Positions 1 through 9,480 of a DNA stretch of 64,000 nt are shown piece by piece. Both the position numbers and the translations under genes were made by a program. The notes under the pieces were generated by a model. It was given only the letters and a program-made list of their open reading frames with translations. It did not search any database and had not been told where the DNA came from. Each line of letters starts with the position of its first letter. The stretch's first letter is position 1. This stretch comes from a virus: the IMG/VR virus record IMGVR_UViG_3300007511_000003, positions 32,001 to 96,000 of that record; one strand, 5' to 3'.

Positions 1-1
1 G

Positions 2-226
2 AACCCGAAAGGGCCCCAGACGAGTTCGGTTACTGCCTTCCACGGCGAGTCCTACTGGGGTAGGACTCTACGACCCACTACATTTCTTAACATCAAGGAT
101 TGTAACCATTCGGTTAAACTCCACGTCTACTCGGATGATAAACACCACCGGAAGTTTATCAAGAAACTCTGCAGGTTGGCCCGCGAGATTACACGGTTCG
201 CCGACTGGTTGGAGCGTCAACAATAG
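2..226 (+). CDS. Partial hypothetical phage protein (5' end outside window)
   Basis: Frame from nt 2 is open (NPKGPQTSSVTAFHG...FADWLERQQ) to TAG 224-226, directly followed by the RBS and ATG of the helicase. Confidence 0.55.
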   Translation, partial: NPKGPQTSSVTAFHGESYWGRTLRPTTFLNIKDCNHSVKLHVYSDDKHHRKFIKKLCRLAREITRFADWLERQQ

Positions 227-234
227 GAGCCGAC

Positions 235-2160
235 ATGCCGATCAGTTATATCAGTACACTCAACAGAGAGCAGAAGGTGGCAGCCACCTACCTTGGTCCC
301 AAGAAAAACGTCTTGTTACTGGCTGGAGCCGGGACCGGGAAGACCCGAACCTTGGTGGCACGCGCTGAACACCTCATGCGTCAAGGGGTACGGCCCAACA
401 GGATTGCTCTCCTGACGTTTACCCGACGGGCCACCCATGAAATGAAAGACCGCCTTCAACAGGTGATGCCTAAGAACACCAACCAGCAAGCAGGGCCCGT
501 TGTACACACCTTCCACATGTTTTGCATGATGATGTTGCGTCGGCACTGGAAGCAGCTCAAGTTTGACACCAAGATGGTTATCATTGACCAGGAAGACCAG
601 CTGACGCTTATGAAATACGCCCTCGGAACTGTCAAACGACCAGAGGACATGCCCAAGATTTGGGACCTCATGAACTACTATTCTTATGCTCGCAACACAG
701 GCATCGCGCCTGCCGAATGGTTGCGTAAAGCCCTTCCACAACAGGCTCACCCATTAATTCCGGCCATCCTCCAAATATTTCGGGCTTATAGTGACCGAAA
801 GAAAGCCCGCGGTTACATGGATTTCGATGACATGCTGTACATGGTGGCACGTAGGCTGAAGCGGAGTAACCGTATTCGGTCCTATGTTGCCGGTCTGTTT
901 GACCACATGTTGGTGGACGAGATGCAAGATACTAACCACCTTCAGTGGACGATCCTTCATCAGTTGGCACAAGCCGGGGTGCGTCTGTTTTGTGTAGGCG
1001 ACGATGCGCAGTCCGTATACGCGTTCAGAGGTGCCGACTTCCAAAACGTCCACAACTTTGTCGCCAAGATTCCCAACGCCGTGAAACTCAAGCTCGAGTT
1101 GAATTACCGCTCAACCCAAGAGATACTGGATTTGGCCAACCATATGCTGGCCCAAAGCGATCTGAACTATGACAAGAAGCTGGAAGCCTATAGAGGCCCT
1201 GGGAATGATCCACAGGTTTGGGGCTTTCAGGACCCGACGGTAGAAGGACAGTGGATACAAGAGGACATTTCCAAACGGCATAAAGCCGGTGCCAAGTGGG
1301 GAGATCATATGGTGCTAGTAAGAACCGCCTACCAAGCCCGTGACCTCGAGGGCTTCCTCTTAAACGAGAAAATTCCCTACCGGATGATTGGTGGTAAAGG
1401 TCTGTTGGGTACACAACACGTCCGAGACTTTCTGTCCATGATACGCGCCGCCCGATCACATCGCGCTGACATCCACTGGACCCGATACCTCAACCTGTGG
1501 CCACGTATTGGTCAGGTAACATCCACTCGGTTGGTAGAGGCTGTTGAGCGGTGTGCCAATGTTGGGGAAGCCCTTAACCGAGTGGATGAAATCCTGGGCC
1601 GTAAAATGGTCACAGATGGCCTACGCAGTATTGCCCGGAACCGGAAGTCCCCTATACGCGCCCTCCGCGCTGCGAGGAAGCACTTTGATCCAATTCTGGC
1701 CGCAAAGTATAAGGACGAATGGGAAAACAGGAGGAAGGACCTGGAGGTCGTTGTCAAGCTCAGCGAGAAGTTCAAGACCTTGACCCAGTTTCTGGAGTCT
1801 TACACGATTGACCCCATCACCGAGAAGGGTGTTGATGCCAACGATGGGCTCGTAACCATCATCACCACCCACTCTGCCAAAGGTGCTGAAGCCCCTACGT
1901 GTTACGTGATGGGTGCCCAGCCTGGTTTCTTCCCACATGAACGTAGCCTCCACGATCCAGAAGAGGTTGAGGAGGAGCGGCGGGTGTTTTATGTCGCCCT
2001 CACTCGGGCCGAGAACAATCTGATACTTACCCGCACCCGCAGTGCGTTGGCTTACGGACCAGAGTTTCTGGTGGCAGGGGCTGGGTCCGCCTACCGTGAG
2101 ATGGAAGAGCGTTTGGAAGACAGTCAAGGGTCTGTGATGTTAGTCGACAGGATTATGTGA
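235..2160 (+). CDS. uvrD: UvrD/PcrA/Rep-family SF1 DNA helicase
   Basis: LNREQ, AGAGTGKT, LTFTRRA, VDEMQD, VGDDAQSVYAFRGA, NYRST, TTHSAKG, EERRVFYVALTRA. Confidence 0.95.
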   Translation: MPISYISTLNREQKVAATYLGPKKNVLLLAGAGTGKTRTLVARAEHLMRQGVRPNRIALLTFTRRATHEMKDRLQQVMPKNTNQQAGPVVHTFHMFCMMMLRRHWKQLKFDTKMVIIDQEDQLTLMKYALGTVKRPEDMPKIWDLMNYYSYARNTGIAPAEWLRKALPQQAHPLIPAILQIFRAYSDRKKARGYMDFDDMLYMVARRLKRSNRIRSYVAGLFDHMLVDEMQDTNHLQWTILHQLAQAGVRLFCVGDDAQSVYAFRGADFQNVHNFVAKIPNAVKLKLELNYRSTQEILDLANHMLAQSDLNYDKKLEAYRGPGNDPQVWGFQDPTVEGQWIQEDISKRHKAGAKWGDHMVLVRTAYQARDLEGFLLNEKIPYRMIGGKGLLGTQHVRDFLSMIRAARSHRADIHWTRYLNLWPRIGQVTSTRLVEAVERCANVGEALNRVDEILGRKMVTDGLRSIARNRKSPIRALRAARKHFDPILAAKYKDEWENRRKDLEVVVKLSEKFKTLTQFLESYTIDPITEKGVDANDGLVTIITTHSAKGAEAPTCYVMGAQPGFFPHERSLHDPEEVEEERRVFYVALTRAENNLILTRTRSALAYGPEFLVAGAGSAYREMEERLEDSQGSVMLVDRIM

Positions 2161-2166
2161 AGGGCC

Positions 2167-2664
2167 ATGTCAAGCCTAACCGTAGGATCACGCGGTTTTC
2201 TCCTTCCAGGGCTTGAAAAACCCGTCGTCGTGTCTAACAAGGATTGGGATCTCATGGTTATGGCGGTGTGTCGTGACCTACAGAGTCTTAGTATCACCTC
2301 AGGTTCTCGGTGTTTATTGGTGGCACCTACCGGACCACACCCATTAAGTGCCCTCTTGAGTGAGGGCATTTTGAGGGTTCCTGCCTCTGTCTTGGCAGTC
2401 GGGGAATACAAACCACATATTCCTTGTGCTTTGAACCTGCTCCAACATGGACATTTTAACACCTTAATAATTGGGCAACGTGGTGCCAAGTTATTGTTAG
2501 ACGCAAGGAGGTCGTACGAGGCGGTTATCGAACCCTTGTCACCCCTTGCCTTGGACCAAGTTGTAGTCTTTGGTCCAATTAAAGACCGACAGCCAATAAG
2601 AATGCCAGGATTTAGTCATCAGGTTAAAAGGTTACAAACACCTGGTGTCCTACCTTGTTTGTAA
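2167..2664 (+). CDS. Hypothetical protein
   Basis: 165 aa ORF filling the gap after uvrD. Confidence 0.55.
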   Translation: MSSLTVGSRGFLLPGLEKPVVVSNKDWDLMVMAVCRDLQSLSITSGSRCLLVAPTGPHPLSALLSEGILRVPASVLAVGEYKPHIPCALNLLQHGHFNTLIIGQRGAKLLLDARRSYEAVIEPLSPLALDQVVVFGPIKDRQPIRMPGFSHQVKRLQTPGVLPCL

Positions 2665-2696
2665 ATAAAAGGCAGAGACCATCTATAGGAGTCGAT

Positions 2697-3761
2697 ATGA
2701 AAGCATTGTATGGAGTAACAACACACGGGATGGAATTTGTCGCCAAAGCCGTGTCCCGGTACAAAAGGAGCCTCCCGGAGGCCAAACAAAAGCGGTTGAA
2801 GACTCAACTGTTAGGGTTCGACGAAAAGATTAATCCACGTGCGTTGGTAGTCCTGGTACCAACGCTCCAGTGGTTCTTGCAAAACCTACGGGAGTTTAAC
2901 AAGAGTCGGGCGGTGGTATTCGTGTTCGACAACCCCGTCCAGTGTGACATGTTGGATCCCATCAACCTGTTAGATGTCCGCGAGATGCGTCATAGTTACC
3001 AATATGAACTCCAGCAACTGACGTTCGATGACATCCGCGAGGCTATCCAAAAGGGACTTAATAATAGGCACCAGGTGGAGGTGACCCGTGAAACAGTGGA
3101 CATGATCCCTCGGATGTTGTACACAACCAGGGTGTCCTTCTTGAGTCCCCTCCAGACCTTCCTGTACCGCATCCCGGACACGACTGTCCGGGCAAAGGCT
3201 CGAATTTGGATCTTCCGTTGGATGGCATCAAAACGGACGCCGGAAGAACTTGAGCAGAAGCTCGCCCGTGTGATAGGGTATGACAAAACGCCTGTATCGG
3301 TGACACGTATCCTGGAGTTCTTTGAAACCGACACTGGACAGAAAGGACGGGCGGCACTGGCCGAGTATGTCAAAGGTAAGAAGGTTGGCAAGGCACCAGG
3401 TTACGCCTTGTTGTCAAAAACGCATGGTTTGGATGCCTTCGACATCAAGTTTGTGGTGAGGGCCATGCGGAAGGCAGATTACTGGCAGTTTCCAGAGAAA
3501 GACGCCATGGAGCTTTTTAAGACACGGAAGCTTCCACAAGCCCAGGCCAAGCTCTATGGCTTCATCCTAAGCTACCAGGATGAACATGGAATGTTGCCGA
3601 CAGTAACGGAATTGTCGGCTCACAGCGGAATGGCCAAGTCGGGACTGCCCACGGCTGTCCGTAAGTTGGAGGGCCGTGGTTATGTTAGACTCCCTTCCGC
3701 CAAAAGTAGGATCCAATTAATCGAACGTACGACAGAAGCTGAAACAGAGGTAGACGTATGA
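2697..3761 (+). CDS. Hypothetical protein with C-terminal LexA-type winged HTH
   Basis: AGGAG RBS before ATG 2697; C-term QAKLYGFILSYQDEHGMLPTVTELSAHSG...VRKLEGRGYV resembles the LexA DNA-binding domain. Confidence 0.7.
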   Translation: MKALYGVTTHGMEFVAKAVSRYKRSLPEAKQKRLKTQLLGFDEKINPRALVVLVPTLQWFLQNLREFNKSRAVVFVFDNPVQCDMLDPINLLDVREMRHSYQYELQQLTFDDIREAIQKGLNNRHQVEVTRETVDMIPRMLYTTRVSFLSPLQTFLYRIPDTTVRAKARIWIFRWMASKRTPEELEQKLARVIGYDKTPVSVTRILEFFETDTGQKGRAALAEYVKGKKVGKAPGYALLSKTHGLDAFDIKFVVRAMRKADYWQFPEKDAMELFKTRKLPQAQAKLYGFILSYQDEHGMLPTVTELSAHSGMAKSGLPTAVRKLEGRGYVRLPSAKSRIQLIERTTEAETEVDV

Positions 3762-4153
3762 CCAACCCAAAAGATTTGACTCTCAATGAGTACCAACAGT
3801 TAGCTGGTAGAACTGCCAGCACTACCAGCAGTTCTTTGGAAGACCTCGAACATGGAGTGATGGGGCTCGTCACTGAGGCTGGTGAATTGACGGATGCCTT
3901 CAAACGCCATCGGTTCTACGGCAAGGAACTGGATATTGACAATATCCGAGAGGAACTGGGTGACCTCCTTTGGTACCTCGCGTTGGCTGCTCATGGAACA
4001 GGCCTTTCTCTCGGTGCCATTGCCGACATGAACATCCGTAAGTTGAAAGCCCGTTATCCCGAAGGCTTCACCCAAGAAGCAGCTCTCAACAGGGATATAG
4101 AGGCAGAACAGGAGGCAATGACACCGAGAGAAAGTCTGGCTGAGGACTGGTAG
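3758..4153 (+). CDS. MazG-like nucleoside triphosphate pyrophosphohydrolase
   Basis: LNEYQQLAGRT, GLVTEAGELTD, EELGDLLWY, NIRKLKARYP. Confidence 0.9.
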   Translation: MTNPKDLTLNEYQQLAGRTASTTSSSLEDLEHGVMGLVTEAGELTDAFKRHRFYGKELDIDNIREELGDLLWYLALAAHGTGLSLGAIADMNIRKLKARYPEGFTQEAALNRDIEAEQEAMTPRESLAEDW

Positions 4154-4163
4154 GGAGACCATA

Positions 4164-4385
4164 ATGTTGTTTAAGGTAGGGAACAAGGTCTTCACAACCC
4201 AGGACGGTCCTCTATTAGTTGTATTTACCGCCGAAGATCTTGAGAACATCAGGAACATGGAACCAAAGGCCCGACGGTATGCCATCTTTGATAGCTGTCA
4301 CTTTGAAGGCAAGGCACATATCGAGGCATGGATGAAGGATACACCAACAGGGGAAGACCCCACAGAATTTGGAGCCGACTTATGA
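4164..4385 (+). CDS. Hypothetical protein
   Basis: GGGAG RBS; 73 aa; ATGA overlap with the next gene. Confidence 0.65.
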   Translation: MLFKVGNKVFTTQDGPLLVVFTAEDLENIRNMEPKARRYAIFDSCHFEGKAHIEAWMKDTPTGEDPTEFGADL

Positions 4386-4552
4386 AAGCACACAGATACC
4401 ACGATTTTTGCGCTGGCCACCGCGTGGTTGGCCACGAAAACAAATGCCGTCACCTCCATGGCCACAACTACCGGGTGACTTTTTACTGTGAATCCCAAGA
4501 GTTGGATGGTGTTGGTCGTGTTGTTGATTTTGGAGGACGTAACCATGGGTAA
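4382..4552 (+). pseudogene. queD: Truncated QueD (N-terminal 56 aa only)
   Basis: CAGHRVVGHENKCRHLHGHNYRV...VVDFG then stop; lacks the C-terminal PTAE/ET motifs. Confidence 0.8.
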
Positions 4553-5078
4553 CACCTTCACGATTACACGAAAAATTGAAATTGATGCGGGTCATCGTGT
4601 CCAAACACATGGGTCCAAGTGCCGTAACATTCACGGTCATCGTTATACCGTCGAAGCCGTGTGTAAAGGGTTCCTTTACTTGGAAGGGGAACAAACGGAC
4701 ATGGTGGTGGATTTTGGGTTCTTGAAGACCTGCATGATGGATATTATTGATGTAGGGTGTGATCATGGTTTTATTCTGTCCATCCAAGATCAGCAGCTTT
4801 GTCCGGTATTCATCCATGACTTTGGCCGACACGTCTCTGCCATACAGAAAGCGTGTGATGAGAAGGGGTATTGGAATTCGCAAGAAAGTGACGTTGAGAC
4901 TCTCCAAGGTACCAAGATTTATGTGGTACAGGGCATTCCAACCGCAGAGGTCTTGGCACAACACTGGTACCAACGTCTCAAAGAAGAGGTTCAAAAGAAA
5001 TTTGGAAAGGATATCCTACACCAAGTGCGGGTGTATGAAACACCTAACAGTTGTGCAGTATATCCCGGACACGTTTAG
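4545..5078 (+). CDS. queD: 6-carboxy-5,6,7,8-tetrahydropterin synthase QueD
   Basis: GGAGG RBS; DAGHR, CRNIHGHRY, MVVDFG, DHGF, PTAE, VYETPNS. Confidence 0.92.
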   Translation: MGNTFTITRKIEIDAGHRVQTHGSKCRNIHGHRYTVEAVCKGFLYLEGEQTDMVVDFGFLKTCMMDIIDVGCDHGFILSIQDQQLCPVFIHDFGRHVSAIQKACDEKGYWNSQESDVETLQGTKIYVVQGIPTAEVLAQHWYQRLKEEVQKKFGKDILHQVRVYETPNSCAVYPGHV

Positions 5079-6243
5079 GTTCCATGTGGTACCAGTTATG
5101 TGGTAACGGGAGTCGGCTACCAGCAGGGTCCATCACAAGGAGTTTAAATCGGAATCCAGCTTTTAAGCAGGCTTTCGCTTTGGCTTGAGTCATTTCCAAT
5201 CTGGACCTTCTACCACAGAAGGTCCATAAGGATTTGACTTCCACTAATATGTTACGTATAGGAATCCAAAGGTCTGGATAGTATTTCCTATTACGTCCAC
5301 CCAAATGGTAGGGAACCACAGGTAGATTATCATTGGCGCTCGTTTTTATATTTTCGGCAGGTATTTCTGTATTGGCCAAAATCCAAAGGATGGCTTGTGG
5401 TTCATACCCTTGGACTTGCACAAAGCGGTCTCCGAGTTTAAAATCCTTAGGTTGGAAAGCCTTTTGTCGTGCACATACCGGGCACCCTGAACCACGAATA
5501 ACCATGCTTGGTTCAGCTTTCCATGTGTGGTTTTTAACACATTGGTGTCGGATGGCTGAGTTCGCCCCAACATATTTTTCGAGAACTTTAATCGTATTAC
5601 CATGCATGTGTCTTACTTCCCGTAGGTATTGTTGGGGGTGTTTTCTTTTCCGTGATTGGGCACATGAGGGGCAACCACATCCAGAAGTTACTGATTGAGT
5701 TGATGCCGCCCATCGGTGATGACATAGATGGCATTTGTACCGAGATTTTTGTCGAGAACCCGGATTATACTCTAACACTTGGATAGTTGATCCATGGATC
5801 CTTCTTAGCTTTTTCTCGTAGGTAGTTAATGGTACCTTGGTTCCACGATGACGGTCCGCACAAATGGGACAATTGGTAGCTCTCAGTGCTCGGTAGGGAG
5901 AAGTCTCCCAATCGGTACTACACCTAAGGCATCGGTGTAATATAAAATGATTGGCTCCTCGGTATTGTTCCAAGCAAATTAAGTAACCTTGGTGCTTAGC
6001 TTTTAACTGTTCCAAGTAGTCCTCGTGGGTCCATGTTCGATTTCGTGTGTTGCAAGCAGGACAACCAGCACCTCTTAAAATAACGCCTGGTTTGGTGTAC
6101 CATTTATGGTTACACTCAAGGCATTGGTGTAGGATTTTAATTCTTCCTTTGACGTAGGATCCGAGGACTTTAATTTTATTTCCATGTGGTAGCTGTTTGA
6201 TCGCCTTTTTGTAGGTTTCTGTAGTATACTTAACACCGCGCAT
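5044..6243 (-). mobile_element. Free-standing putative homing endonuclease: repeated Zn-ribbon units plus a C-terminal PD-(D/E)xK nuclease
   Basis: Four CxxC..W...GCPxC-type repeats; YYPDLWIP...VEVKS; antisense to its neighbours, AT-rich, 3' end overlaps queD; GGGAG RBS before ATG 6243. Confidence 0.8.
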
Positions 6244-6286
6244 CCTATTTCTCCCGTGTATAAAAAGGTTATCTATTAAATTAGTA

Positions 6287-6294
6287 TGTAAATA
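6287..6294 (+). promoter_or_regulatory. TGTAAATA putative phage promoter motif
   Basis: Recurs upstream of several genes (see findings); about 25 nt before the pyrE ATG. Confidence 0.6.
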
Positions 6295-6318
6295 GACTTC
6301 AATAGGGAGGTAAACAAA

Positions 6319-6951
6319 ATGAACGACATTGATTGGGAACAAGAACTAGGGGCTGGAGGCGCCCTCTGGATCCATGACGGCAATGGGCCTCACGCCCTGC
6401 TTACATCTGGCAACCACAGTGATGGCTTCTTCAACGCCAGCCAGGTAATCAAACACCCGACCTTGGTTTTGGATGTTTGTCTCCACTGGAAGGACCTTAT
6501 GGCCTCCCATGACTTTCATTGGGTAATCGGGTCTGCCATGGGAGTAGTAACGTTAGCCCACCAAATGGCTTTAATCCTGGGAGGGTCTATTGGTGGAGAC
6601 GTGTATACAGGCTTTACCGAACCCATGAGGGATGATGACGGCGAGAAGCAAATGGTCCTTAAGAGGTTTACCTTGGAACCGGGCCAACAAGTGTTGGTAG
6701 TCGAGGATGTATTAACCACCGGTGACACCACACGGAAGACCATCCAGGCTATCAAGGTACAAGGAGCCAAGGTAACGATGGTAGCAGTTATACTCAACCG
6801 AAGTGGTCACCGACATATTAATGGCCTACCTATCGTGTCCTTACTTGATAAACAACTCCAGATTTGGCCTCCCCATATGTGCCCACTCTGTGCGGACGGT
6901 TCTGAAGCTGTCCGCCCAAAAGAAAACTGGGACCTGTTAACAGCGTCATGA
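6319..6951 (+). CDS. pyrE: Orotate phosphoribosyltransferase
   Basis: LLTSGNHSDGFFN, GSAMGVV, VLVVEDVLTTG PRPP motif, C-term CPLC. Confidence 0.88.
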   Translation: MNDIDWEQELGAGGALWIHDGNGPHALLTSGNHSDGFFNASQVIKHPTLVLDVCLHWKDLMASHDFHWVIGSAMGVVTLAHQMALILGGSIGGDVYTGFTEPMRDDDGEKQMVLKRFTLEPGQQVLVVEDVLTTGDTTRKTIQAIKVQGAKVTMVAVILNRSGHRHINGLPIVSLLDKQLQIWPPHMCPLCADGSEAVRPKENWDLLTAS

Positions 6952-7160
6952 GTGCCTCGGAGTTAGAAAACTGGTACCGATCCCAAGTTACCACTGCTTC
7001 ACCTTCCATTGTACAAGGAATACGAAACTTGAAGGGTATCTTACAAACGGGACAATACACAAGAACCCTATCTGCTGACAACCAATTGTTGGTAGTGGTT
7101 TTAATGAAAAACAACCAACCTGTTTGGCGGTATGAACTCTGGGTTTTGGAGACGTTATGA
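6948..7160 (+). CDS. Hypothetical protein
   Basis: ATGA-coupled on both sides. Confidence 0.6.
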   Translation: MSASELENWYRSQVTTASPSIVQGIRNLKGILQTGQYTRTLSADNQLLVVVLMKNNQPVWRYELWVLETL

Positions 7161-7603
7161 CAGACGAGCAAATGCAGCAACTGTTGGATAAAGTGGTTCG
7201 GTTGGCAACGGAGGACGGTTATCCCCCCGAACTGACGAACAAGAACAACCTGCTTGACGCCCGTACAATGAAGATGACGACCACTGAGGAAACGTTCATC
7301 CGCCATTTCATTGAGGCTTACAGTTCCAAAGCCGGTATCATTTGTGTGATGGAACATGCTCTCGATGTATGGATGCGTCGGTATGAGGTACTTGAAAATA
7401 GTACCACTTATCACTACGCAGTGGTAACAGTACCAACACAACAGGGGTACGCTTTACGTCCGATTTACCAATCCAATAAGGATGGACATGGCTTTGATGC
7501 CCTCGGTCTTTTGAAGGACCAACCACCGGGGTCTATTGTGACCTTTCACACAGACCTGACGGCAGAACGGTTTTTTGCTGCCATGGATATATTGAAAGGA
7601 TAA
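7157..7603 (+). CDS. Hypothetical protein
   Basis: 148 aa, GGAG RBS, coupled. Confidence 0.7.
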   Translation: MTDEQMQQLLDKVVRLATEDGYPPELTNKNNLLDARTMKMTTTEETFIRHFIEAYSSKAGIICVMEHALDVWMRRYEVLENSTTYHYAVVTVPTQQGYALRPIYQSNKDGHGFDALGLLKDQPPGSIVTFHTDLTAERFFAAMDILKG

Positions 7604-7605
7604 GA

Positions 7606-7962
7606 ATGAAAAAGCTGGTTGACATCCCGGCTCCTAGGGTTAGGGTCCCGCTCCGTCCAGACCTAAATGAAGACCCACCAACACAAGGTGCCGCCTTTAA
7701 AGTAAAGTCTCCTGTGTCCGGACACCTAAGAGTGATTGCAACGTCATCCGATGGTTGGGACCACGTTTCTATCAGTCATAAATCCAGGATTCCTCTTTGG
7801 AAGGAAATGGAGTTTATCAAACGTATGTTCTTTCACCCGGACGAGGTGGCATTTCAGTTACACGTACCTCCAGCCAAGCACATTAACTACCATGCCAATT
7901 GCCTTCACTTATGGCGACCGCATGACCAACCAATCCCACTCCCTCCTATTGAAATGGTGTGA
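7606..7962 (+). CDS. Conserved phage hypothetical protein
   Basis: GWDHVSIS..RIPLWKEM..IKRMFF...HINYHANCLHLW, a pattern common in phage small proteins. Confidence 0.75.
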   Translation: MKKLVDIPAPRVRVPLRPDLNEDPPTQGAAFKVKSPVSGHLRVIATSSDGWDHVSISHKSRIPLWKEMEFIKRMFFHPDEVAFQLHVPPAKHINYHANCLHLWRPHDQPIPLPPIEMV

Positions 7963-8171
7963 TCATGACCATCAAGACCTTACCGCAAACGGAAGAACCA
8001 TCGGTTCCTGATTACGGGGCCTTTCGCGTAGATGGATTCTATCCAGCCGAATACCCAGGGCTACCTAAAGGTAAAACCCTTAAACAGGTGGCAGAAGACA
8101 GTGCCAAACTCAATCCGGGGACCCTAAGGGTTGAGACCGTAGACGGAACGGTTTTGTGGAGGGCAGAATGA
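7959..8171 (+). CDS. Hypothetical protein
   Basis: 70 aa, overlaps both neighbours by 4 nt. Confidence 0.55.
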   Translation: MIMTIKTLPQTEEPSVPDYGAFRVDGFYPAEYPGLPKGKTLKQVAEDSAKLNPGTLRVETVDGTVLWRAE

Positions 8172-8671
8172 AAATCAAGATCCTGTATACAGAGCAACAA
8201 ATTGCCGAACAAGTTGACGAGCTAGCGGAAAGAGTGGTGGACCGGCTCGGGCATTCTTTCCATGTCCTGTGTGTCCTTCAGGGCGCCTACATGTTTACCG
8301 CCGACTTGATGCGGGCCCTCGATCGCCGCGTTGCGAAGCCAACCCTGGGGTTTATCCAGGTGCAGAGTTACCAAGGGACTGAAAGCCGAGAGCTCAAGCT
8401 GGTTCAAGATTGCGGAGACCTACAAGGTAAAAGTGTGGTGGTAGTCGAAGATATTCTCGATACAGGTCAGACCCTTCGGTGGTTGAACGATCATCTCCGA
8501 AAGAAGGGTGCCCGCGAGGTCCTCAACTGTGTGTTGCTGGACAAGTTCAAGGCGGAACGTTGTGATCGTCTGTATGGGTTCCAATGTCCAGATGAGTTTG
8601 TGGTTGGTTACGGCTTGGATCATAATGGCCGGTATAGAGGGCTTCCTCACATCGGAGTGTTGGAGAGTTAA
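8168..8671 (+). CDS. hpt: Hypoxanthine(-guanine) phosphoribosyltransferase
   Basis: VLQGAYMFTADL, SY, VVEDILDTGQTL, LLDK, FVVGYGLD...YRGLP. Confidence 0.93.
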   Translation: MKIKILYTEQQIAEQVDELAERVVDRLGHSFHVLCVLQGAYMFTADLMRALDRRVAKPTLGFIQVQSYQGTESRELKLVQDCGDLQGKSVVVVEDILDTGQTLRWLNDHLRKKGAREVLNCVLLDKFKAERCDRLYGFQCPDEFVVGYGLDHNGRYRGLPHIGVLES

Positions 8672-8857
8672 ATGATCACAATCTTTTATATCGTGTACCT
8701 TATGCTGGGTCTAGGTACAGCTTTTGGTACCTCCTATGTATCTGACCTACTTCTGTACGACGGGCTCAAACATAGGATTGAGAACCTAGCCATGTGCCTC
8801 CTGATAATCCTAACGTGGCCTGGCGTGTTCGCTTTCAAGGTTAGGATAAAACGGTAG
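8672..8857 (+). CDS. Small membrane protein
   Basis: Two hydrophobic segments, TWP motif. Confidence 0.55.
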   Translation: MITIFYIVYLMLGLGTAFGTSYVSDLLLYDGLKHRIENLAMCLLIILTWPGVFAFKVRIKR

Positions 8858-8928
8858 TAAAGGTAGTATCCGTATGGCTGAACAATGTAAGACTTTCCCA
8901 CCCACAACAACAAGAGAGGAAAGAGTAG

Positions 8929-9324
8929 ATGAGTGCGTTGAATGCAATTTATGAAACCGTTGGCGACCTTCAGGATGACCTGTTACAAGCTGCGTTGGTC
9001 CAAAACAATCTGACCTTAGTCAAGGAGATTGGTCGGAAGGCTGACCTGGACCAAGGGTTGGAGTGGAAGGATGTGGCAGGCATCTTGGGGAAGTTGGTCC
9101 CTGAATTGATGGATGTGGCCACCACTTTCAAAGAACTGGAAGGACAAGCCAAGAGAGAGTTCGTTGTGGACTGTCTGTGGGTCTTGTATAAGACCATAGA
9201 CCCTAACATCCCTTGGATTCCAGAGCCAATGGAAACTAAGCTCGAACGATTGGTAGTTACTCGCCTGGGTGAGGCAGCCGTGGAGGCCGCCTACACCCTT
9301 GGTAAGATGGTGGGACGGTTCTGA
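8929..9324 (+). CDS. Hypothetical protein
   Basis: 131 aa with GAGGA RBS; IDPNIPWIPEPMET motif. Confidence 0.7.
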   Translation: MSALNAIYETVGDLQDDLLQAALVQNNLTLVKEIGRKADLDQGLEWKDVAGILGKLVPELMDVATTFKELEGQAKREFVVDCLWVLYKTIDPNIPWIPEPMETKLERLVVTRLGEAAVEAAYTLGKMVGRF

Positions 9325-9362
9325 CTCCTTGCTTTCTACCCCCTGATGGTTCGACTATTCTT

Positions 9363-9387
9363 GGGGACCTTTGCGGTCCCCACTTTT
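9363..9387 (+). terminator. Intrinsic terminator
   Basis: GGGGACC-tttgc-GGTCCCC hairpin followed by ACTTTT. Confidence 0.7.
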
Positions 9388-9399
9388 GCGTCCAGATGC

Positions 9400-9428
9400 T
9401 TGACAAATCCATTCAGATGTGGTATACT
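9400..9428 (+). promoter_or_regulatory. Consensus sigma70 promoter
   Basis: TTGACA (9400-9405), 17 bp spacer, TGn-TATACT (9423-9428). Confidence 0.85.
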
Positions 9429-9480
9429 ATAAGTATAGGGTGCGTATTGGGCGCGCTCTACACAGAACTAACCAAACCCG

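Noticed and set aside
5044-6342. ORF-track starts at 6342, 4488, 2655, 46987 and 55448
   Set aside because: Downstream ATGs (6243, 4545, 2697, 46912, 55535) avoid large overlaps and mostly have better RBSs; 55535 is the least certain
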